This document shows positions 1 through 13,576 of a stretch of 64,000 bases of DNA, one piece after another. The stretch comes from Squalus acanthias. Its lineage: Eukaryota. Each line of letters opens with the position of its first letter. The first letter of the stretch is position 1. The DNA lies in contig CM059432.1 of NCBI GenBank assembly GCA_030390025.1, forward strand, positions 68,574,001-68,638,000, written 5' to 3'. The notes beneath the pieces were generated by a model. The model was not told where the DNA came from. It ran no database searches and saw only the letters and a list, made by a program, of their open reading frames with translations. The position numbers were made by a program, and so were the translations under genes.

Positions 1-3000
1 CCTTTCAGTCCTATGGAGTCATAGGCCGGGACATCGCAGACTCTATGGTCTCAATCCGGGATGCGATAGAGCTCATGGAAGAGAGTGGGAGGGAGGCTTA
101 TGTATTAAAGATAGGTCAAGAGAAAGCCTTTGATAGGGTCTCTCGTGAGTTTTTATTGAAGGTTTTGGAAGCATTTGGTTTCGGGGAAAATTTCATTGAG
201 TGGATAAGGATTTTTTATTCAAATATATTTAGCTGTGTTAAATGTAATGGTTTTTATCCAAGTATTTTCCAATACAGAGGTCAGTGAGACAGGGTTGTCC
301 CCTGTCCCCATTGTTGTACACATTGGTAGCAGAACCATTAGGTTACATGATGCGAAAGAAACGAGGTGTAGTTGGGATTGCGGTTCCCAGTTACGGGCTG
401 GTGTCGGTGATACACCAATAGGCAGATGACACAACCTTAACATTGAGAAATGGGGAGTCAGTGAGGAAAGCTATGGACGTAGTGGAGGAGTATTGTAGAG
501 CTTCAGGAGCCAGAGTGAATTATAGTAAGTCCCAATGCCTGGTTGCAGGAAGGGGTAGGGGGGAATGGTTGGAGGAAAGTCCCTTTAAGGTGGTGGAGGT
601 TTTGGAAGTTTATGGAGTGCAAGAAAGACCGGGGTGAAGTGGATCAATTAAATTGGGAACCGAAGGTTATGAAAATTAAAAAGATTTTGGGAAGAAGGTG
701 GTTGAAAGTGCAAGGAAGAGCGACAGTGGTGTCCGCTCTCCTGCTATCTAAGCTATGGTATTTATTGACGGTGGAGGATATTCCTGAGTGGCTGGAAAAG
801 TCCATCTGAGAGGCTTGTGTGAGGTTTTTATGGGAAGGGAAACCAGCCTAGGTGGCTTACAATACCATAATTGGACGGAGAAATCAGGGAGGACTCAATT
901 TCCCAGATATTGATTTGAAGAAAAAATCCTTTAGAATCAAATGGGTGAAGAGATTTCTTCAGAAGTCAAATACAAGTTTTTGGAAGAGTTGTTTTGAGCA
1001 TTTTTTAAAACTAAGTGGGATAGGAGGGCAGGGGATATTGTATATGGAATACAATAATATGTTTTTGAAATCGATTAAACTTCTCCCTAGGTTTTATAAC
1101 GGGGTTGTAGAGACTTGGGCCCAATTTTTAAAAAGTGAGCAGTTTATGCCCAAGGGTGCTGAGGAATTTTTAGAACAGCCCTTCTTTTTGAACAGGTGGG
1201 TCAACATCGAAGGAGAGGTATTATTTAATCAAGCTTTTATAAAAGCTGGTATTATATGTGTGAAAGATGTATTATACAAGGTAATTCCAGGTTGGTTGCC
1301 GGAAGCGATAGTGAGGGACATGGTGTGGAAGGAGGATCCGGAGGTAGAGGAAAAAGCAATAGGGATCATGTATGAGAAGATTGTGAGGGCAATGCCACAG
1401 GATTGGATGGAAGAAATAAATGCAGAAATCTCCAAAGGAAGTAAAATGCGTCCCGCTTTTCCAAGCTTTCTGCTGGAGAAAGGGGGAGAGTTGGTCCAAT
1501 TTGACAACTGTAATACTCGAGATTTCTATGAGGTATTTAGAGAATGGAGAGTCAAGACACCTGCTGGTCAGGAGTTTTGGCAGAGTATATACCCACAGCT
1601 GGACTTCAACAGGATTTGGAAGGGAGTGTGGGCAAATTTTAAGGGCTGGATTTTGAATGACCCATGGAGTCGGGTTTGGAGGCGTGTGGGGGGTTAAATT
1701 TGCGGGGTCGGGGTTTCCGACCCTATCCCGACTCCATCCCACCTCCACGCAATTTTGACATCATCAGTCGCGGGGTTCCCGACTCCAAGAGGCGGGAGAG
1801 GCCATTAAAGCCCTTAACAAGCTCTAAATTGGCTCTGTAATGCCATTTTGAAACGCTGTAGCTAGTTTAACCCTCTTTTGACGTGAAGCACGCCTGGTGT
1901 GAAACACTCCAGTGAAACCTGGCGGGAGCACAAGTGGATAGCTGACTATCGGCTGCAAGTCCACTATTACAACGGAGATGTGATGGAGGTGGTAGTAGTA
2001 TTAGGTCTGAACAGTGCCTCTGATGTCTTCAGAGACTGCCTGGGAGGACTTACTTGGCAAAACCTCTCTGTCTCTGTCTCCCTCTCTCCCCCCCCCATTT
2101 TTGCATCCAGGTCCACTCACATCAATAGCCAGGCAAGTCCTCTCTCACCAACAGTCTCTGAGACTAGGTAGGCAGTCAGCAATGATGACATCATCAGAGG
2201 CGACTTTCAGACTGAAACCACTAATTAGTTCATGGGTTCCCACATGCTCCAACTCAATTGCCCAATTAAGTGAAAATTGCATCAAGCACCCACATTAATC
2301 TGGAGTCGGGGAGGAAAACACGAAATGCGGATTACACGACCCCAACCCGACCCCAAGACAAAATCCAGCCCGAAATATCCAGAGTGGATTGAACTGGATT
2401 TCAAATTGGCTCATAACCGGATTTTTACCATGACGGTCTTGTGTAAGATTGGACGAGTGGAGGGGGCAACTTGCCCAGTGTGTGGGACACGGGATGAGAC
2501 TCTGTCCCATTTACTGGTGTTATGTCCGCAGTTAAATGACTTTAAGTACTATGTTCGACAGTTGTGTGAAGTTTTTTTGCTGGGTGGGAACTGAAGAGCG
2601 AGAATGGGAATCCCGTGGGACTCAATTTTGAGATGGGGATTGCAGGAGACTCTGCCCAAGTCTAGCGGAGCAGCAATTAATTTAATGTTCAGTTTGGCTA
2701 GATTCATGATTGTGCAAAGAAGGAATGCTCTTTTTTTTTAAGGGGAGGAGAATCAATCTAAAAGAGTATTTTAAATATAAGCTAAAAGATCATTATAAGG
2801 CTCTGTGGATGTTTTATTCAGAAAGGAATTTAAAGATAGTATTTTACAATCAATTTTTAAAGTACAATCGATTTAATATATGTTACGGGAGACAAATTAA
2901 ACTTTAGGTTTTGATAAAATGTGGTGGAGGAATGGCTGTGCAGAGCGGCGGAATTGATTTGTATGATACAATGAAATGATCACGATGTTGTAAATGTTCT

Positions 3001-3028
3001 TAATGTTCAATAAAGTTTTTTTTTTAAA
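1..3028 (+). mobile_element. Tx1/L1-clade non-LTR retrotransposon, 3' part of ORF2 plus 3' UTR, disrupted
   Basis: RT motifs KAFDRVSREFL, QGCPLSPLLY and a decayed YADD; C-terminal CPVCGTRDETLSHLLVLC zinc motif; AATAAA at ~3009; frameshifts and stops; interrupted by a MITE at 1643-2371. Confidence 0.85.
1643..2371. mobile_element. PIF/Harbinger-type MITE inside the Tx1 ORF2
   Basis: Perfect 12-bp TIRs GGGCTGGATTTT...AAAATCCAGCCC; flanks TAA/GAA (3-bp TSD, one mismatch); excision restores the host reading ANFK-YPEWIELDF. Confidence 0.85.
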
Positions 3029-3463
3029 AGTTGGTAGCACACTCCCCTCTGAAGTCAGAAAGTTGTGGTTTCAAGTCCCACTCCAGGGACATAAAACTAA
3101 GCTGACACTCCCAGTGCAGTGCTGAGGGAGTGCTGCACTGTCAGAGGTGCCGTCTTTCGGATGAGACGTTAAATCGAGGCCCCGTCTACTCCCTCAGGTG
3201 GACGTAAAAGATCCCATGGCACTATTTCAAAGAAGAGCAGGGGAGTTATCCCTGGTGTCCGGGCCAATATTTATCCCTCAACCAACATAACAAAAACAGA
3301 TTATCTGGTCATTATCGCATTGCTGTTTGTGGGAGCTTGCTGTGTGCAAATTGGTTCCCACATTACAACGGTGAGCCCACTTCAAAAGTACTTCATTGGC
3401 TGTAAAGCGCTTTGAGATGTCTGGTGGTTGTGAAAGGTGCTATATAAATGCAAGTCTTTCTTT
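3029..3463 (+). mobile_element. tRNA-derived SINE with Deu-domain (SacSINE1/DeuSINE-like), first ~10 nt missing
   Basis: A/B-box-like head (TGGTAGCAC...GTTTCAAGTCCC), core GAGGTGCCGTCTTTCGGATGAGACGTTAAA as in the AmnSINE1/Deu domain, L2-like tail GCTATATAAATGCAAGTCTTT. Confidence 0.75.
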
Positions 3464-5088
3464 TAATTACACAAAAAAGATCTTTTTTTAATTATATTTT
3501 GACACAGTAAATATAAAACATTTTATAAAGGGAATAAAGATGTCAGAAACACAAGATCACACGGAATATTAGACCTGATTCAGAGTTGCTCGCACGGAGC
3601 GAATCGTGGGTTCGCAGTCCATGATTTCCCAACCATTAAAATTAATGGATAAAACAATTACAGGCCACCTTCACAAGATTTCCAACAATGCACTCCCTTA
3701 GAGCACAGGATTGTAGATTCGGCCCTATTTTTCAAATCCGGAGTGTGGAAAGTATGGTATGGGCATACTTCTTTTGAAGAATTATGAATAAAGGTAACAG
3801 GTTTATAAAATTCCTCATCCTATTGTTATAATCATGTCTGTGTACCACTGAACCTGAAGATCTATATTTGAGAATTCCTCTCATTCTTAATGTGTTTCTT
3901 ACCCAGTAATATAAATTGACTTTGTAATTCCTGCGTTTAAAAGTAAACTTGCCGCTGGATTTCCTTCCTCCCACAGGAGTAGGCTTGGGGCAGGACCTCT
4001 GCTCACAGCCCCAACCCCGCCATGCCCCTGACCCATCTCCTGGGTTGGGACTCATTCTAGTTCAACTCTGTTAACTGCTCCCTCATTTTTTGAAAATCAG
4101 CCGCCTTAAATTTTAGAGTCTTCATTTTATTCTCCTCATCCATGATGAATCTGATGCCAAACTGAGTTATGTTCATGGTTTCCAAGATGTACCCTAACGT
4201 TAACTTGTCCAATCATCACTAGTTTGTTACACAAAACAAGATCCAAAATCAGCTTCTCCCTCATATGCTCCTTTTTTAAGTATGTTCTTTGGCACCACTG
4301 GCAAAGCAGTATTTATTGCTCATCCTTAGATACTCTAAGGACATTAAGTGGATAAAAATCAACTTTGGCGGGGCGTGTAACAGGCGGGAGCAAAGGTTAA
4401 TGGAAAGGAAAATTGGGCAGAGTGTATAACGGGTGGCCAATCTGCTACTGCCTGTTTTACGCCACGTAGTGTGGGACCGGAGTTACGTGTAGGCCATATC
4501 AGCTAGAGGTGGTAGGTCCCCTTTTCTGATGGACATTAGTGAACCAATTGGGTTTTTACAACAATCCAGCAGCTTTAATGGTCATTTTATTCAATTCAAT
4601 TTCACAACTTGCCATGGTGGGATTTAGAATTCACAACCTCTGGGTTGCTAGTTCAGTACTATAACTACTAGGCTAATACACTTCTAGGTCAAAAAGCAAT
4701 CCATGACCATGTCAAGTGAAGTGAACCTTTTGCTCCTTCTCCCACTGTAGACTCCCAATTAATTCCTGTTAGATTAAAATCCCTAATAGAGGAAGGCCAT
4801 TTGGCCTATATTAACTCATTCATCCAGAAAGAATCTACTGTGCATGCATCATAGAAGTAACTATTTTGTAATTGATTGCCAGGTTCTTGCTTCCACTATT
4901 CTGCCCATAGATCCATTTGTCCAATCGTCCAATTTGTCTGAAGAGCTTCCTGACATAAAGCCCTAAATTTGTTTCTTACTAGTTTGAATCTTATCTTCCT
5001 ATCACAACTTAAATTTGAAGGCATGTTCCAGATTTACCTTTTCATTGCCATCTACCATTTATTAGGTCACATTGGTGTCACCTCCTTT

Positions 5089-5462
5089 CAAGAAAGGCTT
5101 GCATTTATATAGCATCTTTCATAACCATAGGAGGTTCCAAAGCACTTTACAGCCAATTAAGTACTTTTTAAAAAAAGTGTTGTAATGTAGGAAACACAGC
5201 AAGCTGCCACAAACAGCAATGTGATAATGACCAGATAATCTGTTTTTGTGATGTTGATTAAGGGATAAATAATGGGGATAACTCCCCTGCTCTTCTTAAA
5301 TAGTGCCAAGGGATTTGTTAAGTTCACCTGATAGGACAGATGGGGCCTTGGTTTAACGTCTCATCCAAAAGATGGCATCTCCGAAAGTGTAGCACTCCCA
5401 TAGTACTGCACTGGAGTGTCAGCCTAGATTTTGTGCTCAAGCCTCTGGAGTAGGACTTGAAA

Positions 5463-5494
<32 letters not shown>

Positions 5495-5500
5495 CCAAAC
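5089..5500 (-). mobile_element. Deu-domain SINE copy
   Basis: Reverse complement of the 3029-3463 element (gtttaacgtctcatccaaaagatggc, ggacttgaaaccataaccttctgactcagagg). Confidence 0.75.
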
Positions 5501-6096
5501 AGAGTCATGCCCGACATAGACTCAAGGGTGAAAAGCCCAACTTTCTTCAGTTTTTCCTCATAATCCAGTCCTTTGATGCTAGGGATCAGTTTAGTGCCTT
5601 TTCTCTGCACCATCTCCAGGGCTTCAATGTCTCTTTTGTATCTAGACAACCAGAATTCTGGGATTTGACTGTCTCCCCTGTCTCTGAGGAACCAGGGGTA
5701 TGAATTTCCTCTGAGTTTCTTCTGCTCCACCGCCATAACTTTATCAGACATGTGGCAGAAACCCCGTTTTCATGGTCAGGCTATGTGGAGTCAGGGGCCA
5801 GGTAGCTAAATGGATTAAAAGATAACTACAAAACAAATGGCCTTCCTCTTCTGTATCTATCTTATGATGAGTAATTTATGTTGACTTCTAGAACCGGGGA
5901 AAATAAAAATGCTCAGTGTTGGTCATCTATCATTTCAACGGAGATAGCAGACACAAACAAACCTTCTTGGGCTGCCAGAAAGTGGGAAGTGGTGACCTGC
6001 AGAGATCCGTACTGGGACCACTGTTGCCTACCATATACATAAATGATTTGGACTCAGAAATTGAAAGGTATAGTGTCAAAATTTGCAGATGAGACC

Positions 6097-9000
6097 AGAG
6101 GGAGCAGACCTGGAGGGAGCACAGCGAGAGTGGAGCAATCCCGAGCAGCAGGAGCCTGAGACCGGAAGGAGCGCACCTGGAGGGAACTCAGCGAAAGCGG
6201 AGCAGTTAAAAGGAGCGGCAGCAACTCAACAGAGGCAGTTTTTGAAAAGGTGACATCAGAGTAAAAAAAGTGACGTCAGCACAAGGGAAGGAGCTGATTG
6301 GTGAGTAGCTGGTGAGTGTATTTTTTTAAGTTTATTTCTGCTGGGTTAGTTCTTAGTCTATTAAATAGAGGGAAAGAGCTGATTGGTGAGTAGCTGGGGA
6401 GTGTATTTTTTTAAGTTTATTTCTGCTGGGTTAGTTCTCAGTCTATGAACTAGAGGCATGGCAGGGCAGCTCAGTCTCGTGGAGTGCACATCCTGTGTCA
6501 TGTGGGAGGTCCTGGACGCTTTGCGTAGCCTGGATGACCACATGTGCAGGAAGTGTCGCCAGCTACAGCAACTCGAGCTCCAGGTTTCGGAGCTTGAGGG
6601 GCGGCTGGAGTCACTGCGGTGCATCCGCGAGGCTGAGAGTTACATGGATAGCACGTTTCTGGAGGTGGTCACCCCGCAGCTTAAGAGTATGCAGGCAGAG
6701 AGGGAATGGGTGACTGCCAGACAGAAGAGAAGGACCAGGCAGGTAGTGCAGGAGTCCCCGGAGTGCATCACGCTCCCCAACCAGTATTCTGTTCTGAGTA
6801 CTGGTGAGGGCAATGGTTCCTCTGGGGAGTGCAGCCAGAGTCAAGTCCACGGCACCACGGGTGGCTCAGCTGCATGGGGGTGGAGGAAAGAGTGGAAGCG
6901 CAATAGTGGTAGGGGATTTGACAGTTAGGGGAGCAGACAGGCGTTTCTGTGGCCGTAGACATGACTCCAGGATGGTATGTTGCCTCCCTGGTGCCAGGGT
7001 CAAGGATGTCACTGAGCGGCTGCAGGACACTCTGAGGAAGGAAGGGTGAACAACCAGAGGTCGTTGTCCATAACGGTACCAACGACATAGGCAGAAAGAG
7101 GGATGAGGTCCTGCAGGCAGAGTTCAGGGAGCTAGGAGCGAGATTAAAAAGCAGGACCTCAAAGGTAGTAATCTCCGGATTACTCCCGGTGCCATGTGCT
7201 AGTGAGTACAGGAATAGGAGTATAGAACAGATGAACGCATGGCTGGAGAGATGGTGCAGGAGGGAAAACTTTAGATTGCTGAGGCATTGGGACCGTTTCT
7301 GGGGAAGGTGGGACCTGTCAATATTCTCGCGGGGAGGTTTGTTAGTGCTGTTGGGGAGGGTTTAAACTAACTTGGCAGGGGGATGGGCACCAGCATAAAG
7401 GAGTAGAAAAGAGGAAGAAGGTGTATAAAAGAGTGAGTGTGTTGGATAGTACTAGAGAAGATAGTACTAGAGGCGGTAGCAGTACCATATTAAATAGGAG
7501 CAGACTAAGAAAGACTACGAAAAATTCAAAAATGGGTTTAGAATGCATGTACGTAAACACACAAAGTGTGGTGAATAAGGTTGGTGAGCTACAAGCACAA
7601 TTAGTCATGTGACCATATGATGTTGTGGCAATAACGGAAACGTGGCTTAAGAACGGGGAGGACTGGGCACTTAATATTCAAGGGCACAAGAAAAGATAGG
7701 GAAGGAAAAAAGGGAGGTGGGGTAGCAGTGCTGATTAAGGAAGACATTGTAGTGTTGGAAAGGGAGGATGTTCTTGAGGGGACAAAGACAGAATCCATTT
7801 GGTTAGAGTTGAGGAGCAAAAAGGGTATGATCACGCTATTGGGGGTATTCTATAGGCCTCCAAATAGTCAGAGGGAGGTAGAGGAAATCGCAGAGATATG
7901 CAAGAGCTATAGAGTGGTGATATTGGGGGACTTTAATTACCCAAATATCGATTGGGATAATGCTAGGGTAAAGGGAAAGGAGGGGGAGGAATTTATGAAA
8001 TGTGTTCAGGAGAATTTCCTTGACCGATATGTTCTTGGCCCAACTAGGAAGGAGGCATTGCTGGATCTGGTGCTGGGAAATGAGGTGGGCCAAGTCGACC
8101 AAGTCTCTGTGGGAGAACACTTGGGTACGAATGATCATCGTATCAGAAGATTTAGATTAGCAATGGAGAGGAGCAAGGAACGATCTAGAGTGGAACTTCT
8201 AAACTGGAATAGGGCTAACTTCAATGGGATGCGAAAGGATCTAGCCAGGGTAAAATGGAACCAAAGACTGACAGGAAGAACTGTAATGGAACAATGGGTG
8301 ATCTTTAAGGAGGAGATGTTCCAAGTACAGGCTTGGTATATTCCAACAAGAAGGAAGGGTAAGGGAACTAAAGCAAGGGCTCCTTAGATAATAAGGGAGA
8401 TAGAGAAGATGAAACAAAAAAGAGGGTGTATGATGAATGTCAGGTGAATTCTTCAAGGGAGAACCAGACCAAATACAATAAGTTGAGAGGGGATGTGAAG
8501 ATGAAAATAAGATTGGCAAAGAGAGAATATGAGAGTAGGATGGTGGTTAACATAAAAGGGAACCCAAAAATCTTCTACCAGCATGTAAACAGTAAGCGGG
8601 TAGTAAGAGACGGGGTGGGACCTATTAGAGACAAAGAAGGTGATATATGCTTCGAGGCGCAGGGTAAGGCTAGAATACTTAATGAGTACTTTGTATCGGT
8701 GTTTACTAAGGAGATGGATGCTGACAAAATATCGGTAGAAGTGGAAAAGGTAGAAGCAATGGAAGGGGTGAAAATTGATACAGGATGTACTAGAAAGGCT
8801 GGGTATGCTTAGAGTGGACGAGTCGCCTGGTCCAGATGGCTTGCATCCCAGGTTGCTAAGGGAATTGGAGGAGCAGATAGCGGAAGGGCTTGCCAGAATT
8901 TTCTAATCTTCCCTAGATGCGGGGGAGGTGCCTTAGGATTGGAAAGTGGCAAATGTGACACCATTGTTCAAGAAAGGGTGTAAGGACAATCAGTTTAACA

Positions 9001-10354
9001 TCAGTGGTGGGTAAAGTTTTAGAACAATAATGAAGGAAAAAATTAACGGGCACTTGGAGAGGTTTAAGCTAATTAAGCAGAGCCAACACGGATTTGTAAA
9101 AGGCAGATCATGTTTGACTAATCTAATTGCATTTTTTGATGAAGTAACAGGGAGGATTGATGAAGGGAATGCAATGGTTGTTGTCTACATGGATTTTCAG
9201 AAGGCGTTTGACGAAGTACCACATAGAAGGCTGGTTAACAAAATTGAGGCTCATGGAATAGGTGGGTCAGTGGCAGCTTGGATAAGGAATTGGCTTAAGG
9301 ACAGAAAACAGCGAGTTCTGGTAAATGGCTGTTTTTCAGACTGGAGGATGGTAGACAGTGGTGTTCCCCAAGGGTCAGTGCTGGGGCCACTGCTTTTTTT
9401 GATATATATAAATGACCTGGATATTGGAATACAGAGTAGAATTTCTAAATTTGCCGATGACACCAAACTTGGGGGTGTGGCAAACAGTGATGTTGATACC
9501 AATCGACTGCAACAGGACATAGAAAGGCTAGCAGAAAGGGCAGACAAGTGGCAGATGGAATTTAATACAGAAAAGTGTGAGGTGATGCATTTTGGCAGAA
9601 GGAACAGGGAGAGGCAATATGCACTTAATGGCACAGTTTTAAAGAGTGTGCAGGGACAGAGGGACCTGGGAGTTAATGTGCATAGGTCCCTGAAGGTGGC
9701 AGGACATATTGAGAGTGGTTAACAAAGCATATGGGATCTTGGCTTCATAAATAGAGGTATTGAGTACAAAAGTAGAGAAGTTATGCTGAACCTTTATAAA
9801 GCGCTGTTTAGGCCACAACTGGAGTATTGCATCCAGTTCTGGTCACCACACTTTAGGAAGGATGTGAAGGCCCTTGAGTGGATGCAGAGGAGATTTATCA
9901 GAATGGTTCCAGGGATGGGGGATCTTAGCTACAGGACAAGTTGGAGAAGCTGGATTTGTTTTCATTAGAGTAAAGGAGGTTGAGGGGCGTTTTGATAGAG
10001 GTGTACAAGATTATGACTGGTTTGGATAGGCTAGATGGGGAAAGGCTGTTCCCACTAGTTGATGGTACAAGGACTAGGGGACACAGATTTAAGGTTTTGG
10101 GCAAGAGATACAGGCGGGACGTGAGGAAAAACTTTTTCACGCAGCAAGTGGTGATGACCTGGAATTCGCTGCCGACGGAAGTGGTGGAAGCGGAGACACT
10201 CGATGTTTTCAAGGGGAGACTGGATAGGCACTTGAGGGAAATAAACTTGCAGGGCTACGGGGATAGAGCGGGGGAATGGGACTGACTGGATTGCTCTGCA
10301 GAGAGCCGGCACGGACTCGAATGGCCTCCTTCTGTGCCGTTATGACTCTGACTC
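6097..10354 (+). mobile_element. Near-full-length CR1 LINE (5' UTR, ORF1, ORF2, 3' tail) nested in an older CR1
   Basis: ORF1 from 6458 with CxxC...CxxC, leucine zipper and esterase motifs (VVGD, CCLPGA, GTND); ORF2 APE (YRPP, GDFN, LDLV) and RT (QGSVLGP, FADDTK); tail (GACTCT)n. The host CR1 (5880-6096, 10355-11075) is split at FADDT/KIGG. Many stops. Confidence 0.92.
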
Positions 10355-11075
10355 TGATACAAAATTGGTGGGTATAGCAAATAACGTGGAAGGGTGCACC
10401 AAGATACAGAAAGACATAAACAGACTTAATGAAATTCATTATCGTGAAGTGTGAGGTGGTTCATTTTGGTAGGATGAATAAGAGGAGGCGACTTATTCCT
10501 TGCAAAGTAAGAAACCAAATGGGGTAGAGAAGCAAAGAGATCTGGAAATACAGATACATAAAACACGCAAAATAGCAAAGCGAGTTGATAAGCCCCTAAA
10601 GAACGTAAACAAAGTAATCAGGTTCATTTCTAGCGGAATAGAATGCAAAAGCAGGGAAGTAATGTTAAAGTTATATACAACGTTGGTTAGACCACACTTA
10701 GAGTACTGTGTGCAGTTCTCCATAGTATAAATAAGATATTGAAGCACTGGAGAAAGTGCAGAAAATATTTACAATTGATGTTACCAGAATTGAGAGGATG
10801 CAATTATCAGGAAAGATTGAGCAGGCTGGGGCTCTTTTCTCTGGAAAAGACAAAACTAAGAGGAAACCAGATAGAGGACTTTAAAATTATGAAGCATCTC
10901 GATCGGGTGGACATGAAGAAATTGTTTCTACTTTTGGGTGAGTCCAGAACAAGGGAGCATAAATATAAGATAGCCACTGACAGATCAAATAAATGTATAC
11001 ACAGGGAGTGTTGAGAATGTGGAACTCAGTGCCACATGAAGTGGTTGACGCAGATAACATTGACACATTTAAGGG
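10355..11075 (+). mobile_element. Older decayed CR1 3' portion, host of the 6097 insertion
   Basis: [16 protein letters not shown] and related motifs; continuous with the RT fragment at ~5880-6096. Confidence 0.75.
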
Positions 11076-11084
11076 GGGGCTATT

Positions 11085-13442
11085 TTATTCATTCATGGGC
11101 TGTGGGTGTTGCTAGCAAGGCTCACATTTATTGTTTATTCCTAATTGCCCTTGAGAAGGTGGTGGTGAGCTGCCTTCTTGAACTGCTGCAGTCCGTGTGG
11201 TGAAGGTACTCCCACAGTGCTGTTATTTAGTATTTTAACCCAGCGACGATGAAGGAACGGCCATATATTTCCAAGTCCGGATGATGTGTGACTTGAAGGG
11301 GAACTTGGAGATGGTGATGTCCCATGCACCTGCTGCCCTTGTCCTTCTAGGTGGTAGAGGTCGTGGGTTTAGGAGGTGCTGTCGAAGAAGCCTTGGCGAG
11401 TTGCTGCAATGCATCTTGTAGATGGTACACACTGCAGCCACGGTACGCCGGTGGTGGAGAGAGTGAATGTTTAAGGTGGTGGATGGGGTGCCGATCAAGT
11501 CGGCTGCTTTGTCCTGGATGGTGTTGAGCTTCTTGAGTGTTGTTGGAGCTGCACTCATCCAAGCAAGTGGAGAGTATTCCATCATACTCCTTACTTATGC
11601 CTTGTAGATGGTGGAAAGGCTTTGGGGAGTCAGGAGGTGAGTCACTTACTGAAGAATACCCAGCTTCTGACCTGCTCTTGTAGCCACATTATTTATGTGG
11701 CTGGACCAGGTCAGTTTCTGGTCAATGGTGACCCTCAAGATGTTGATGGTGGGTGATTCAACCATGGTAATGCCATTGAATGTCAAGGGGAGGTAGTCAT
11801 TGCCTGGCACTTGTGTGGCGCAAATGTTACTTGCCACTTATCAGCCCAAGCCTGGATGTTGTCCAGGTCTTGGGGCATGTGGGCCCAGTCTGCTTCATTA
11901 TCAGAAGAATTGTGAATGGAACTGATCACTGCAATCATCAGTGAACAGCCCCATTTCTGATCTTATGATGGAGGAAATGTCATTGATGAAGCAGCTGAAG
12001 ATGGTTGGGCCTAGGACACTGCCCTGAGGAACTCCTGCAGCAATGTCCTGGGGCTGAGATGACTGGCTTCCAACAACCACAACCACCTTCTTTTGTGCTA
12101 GGTATGAGTCCAGCCAATGAAGAATTTTTCCCCTGATCCCCACTGACTACCTTTTACTAGGGCACCTTAGTGCCACACTTGGTCAAATGCTGCCGTGATG
12201 TCGAAGGGAATCAGTCTCACCTCACTTCTGGAATTCAGCTCTTTTGTCCATGTTTGGACCAAGGCTGTAATGAGATCTGGCGGCGAGTGATCCTGCAGAA
12301 CCTAAACTGGGCATTGGTGAGCAGGTTATTGGTGAGTAAGTGCCGCTTGATAGCACTGTTAACGACACCTTCCATCACTTTGCTGATGATAGAGAGTAGA
12401 CTGATGGGGCGGTAAGTGGCTGGATTGGATTTGTCCTGCTTTTTATGGGCAGGACATAGCTGTGCAATTTTCCACTTAGTCGGGTAGATGCCGGTGTTGT
12501 AGCTGTACAGGAACAGCTTGGCTAGAGGTGCGGCTAGTTCTGAAGCACAAATCTTCAGCACAATAGCCGGGATGTTGTCGGGGCCCACAGCCTTTGCTGT
12601 AGCCAGTGCGCACAACCGTTCCTTGATATCACGCGGAGTGAATCGAATTGGCTGAAGACTGGCTTCTGTGATGATGGGGACCTCAGGAGGAGGCCGAGAT
12701 GGATCATCCACTCGCACTTCTAGCTGAAGATGGTTGCAAACGCTTCAGCCTTATCTTTTTTATATTCACATGCTGGACTCCACCATCATTAAGGATGGGG
12801 ATGTTCATGGAGCCTCCTCCTCCGTTCATTGTTTAATTGTCCACCACCATTCACGAGTGGATGTGGCAGGACTGCAGAGCTTTGATCTTATCCGTTGGTT
12901 GTGGGATCGCTTAGCTCTGTATACAGCATGCTACTTCCGCTGTTTAGCATGCATGTAGTCCTGTGTTGTAACTTCACCTGGTTGGCACCTCATTTTTAGT
13001 TATGCCTGGTGCTGCTCCTGGTATGCGCTTCTACGGTCCTCATTGAACCGGGATTGGTCCCCTGGCTCGATGGTAATAGAGTGAGGGATATGTCGGGCCA
13101 TGTGGTTATTACACATTGTGGTGGAATACAATTTTGCTGCTGCTGATGGCCCACAGTGCCTCACGGGTGCCCAGTTTTGAGCTGCTAGATCTGTTCTGAA
13201 TCTATCCCATTTAGCACGGTGGTAGAGCCACAGAACACGATGGAGGGTGTCCTCAGTGTGAAGACGGGACTTTGTCTCCACAAGAACTGTGGGTTGGCCA
13301 CTCCTGCCAATACTGTCATGGACAGTGCATCTATGACCGGTAGATTGATGAGCATGAGGTCAAGTAGGTTTTTCCCTCATGTTGGTTCTCTCACAACCTG
13401 CTGCAAGCTCAGTCTGGCAGCTATATCCTTCAGGACTTGGCC
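11085..13442 (-). mobile_element. 5'-truncated LINE of a second CR1/L2-group family
   Basis: GPDNIP, YRPISLLS, PQGSVLGPTIFSCFIND, C-terminus KAAHHHLLKGN* then an AATAAA-type tail; paralogous to 40293-42245. Confidence 0.85.
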
Positions 13443-13576
13443 TTGATACATACATGAGCAAGAAGGGAATAGAGGGATTTTGGGACAGAGTGAAAGGAGG
13501 CTCATGTGGGGTATAAATATTGCCCTAGACCAGTTGGGCCAAATGGCCTGTTTCTGTGTAATAGTTTTATCTTATA

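Noticed and set aside
9030..9722. Intact reverse transcriptase gene
   Set aside because: Only an open fragment of a CR1 ORF2 that has stops and frameshifts on both sides.
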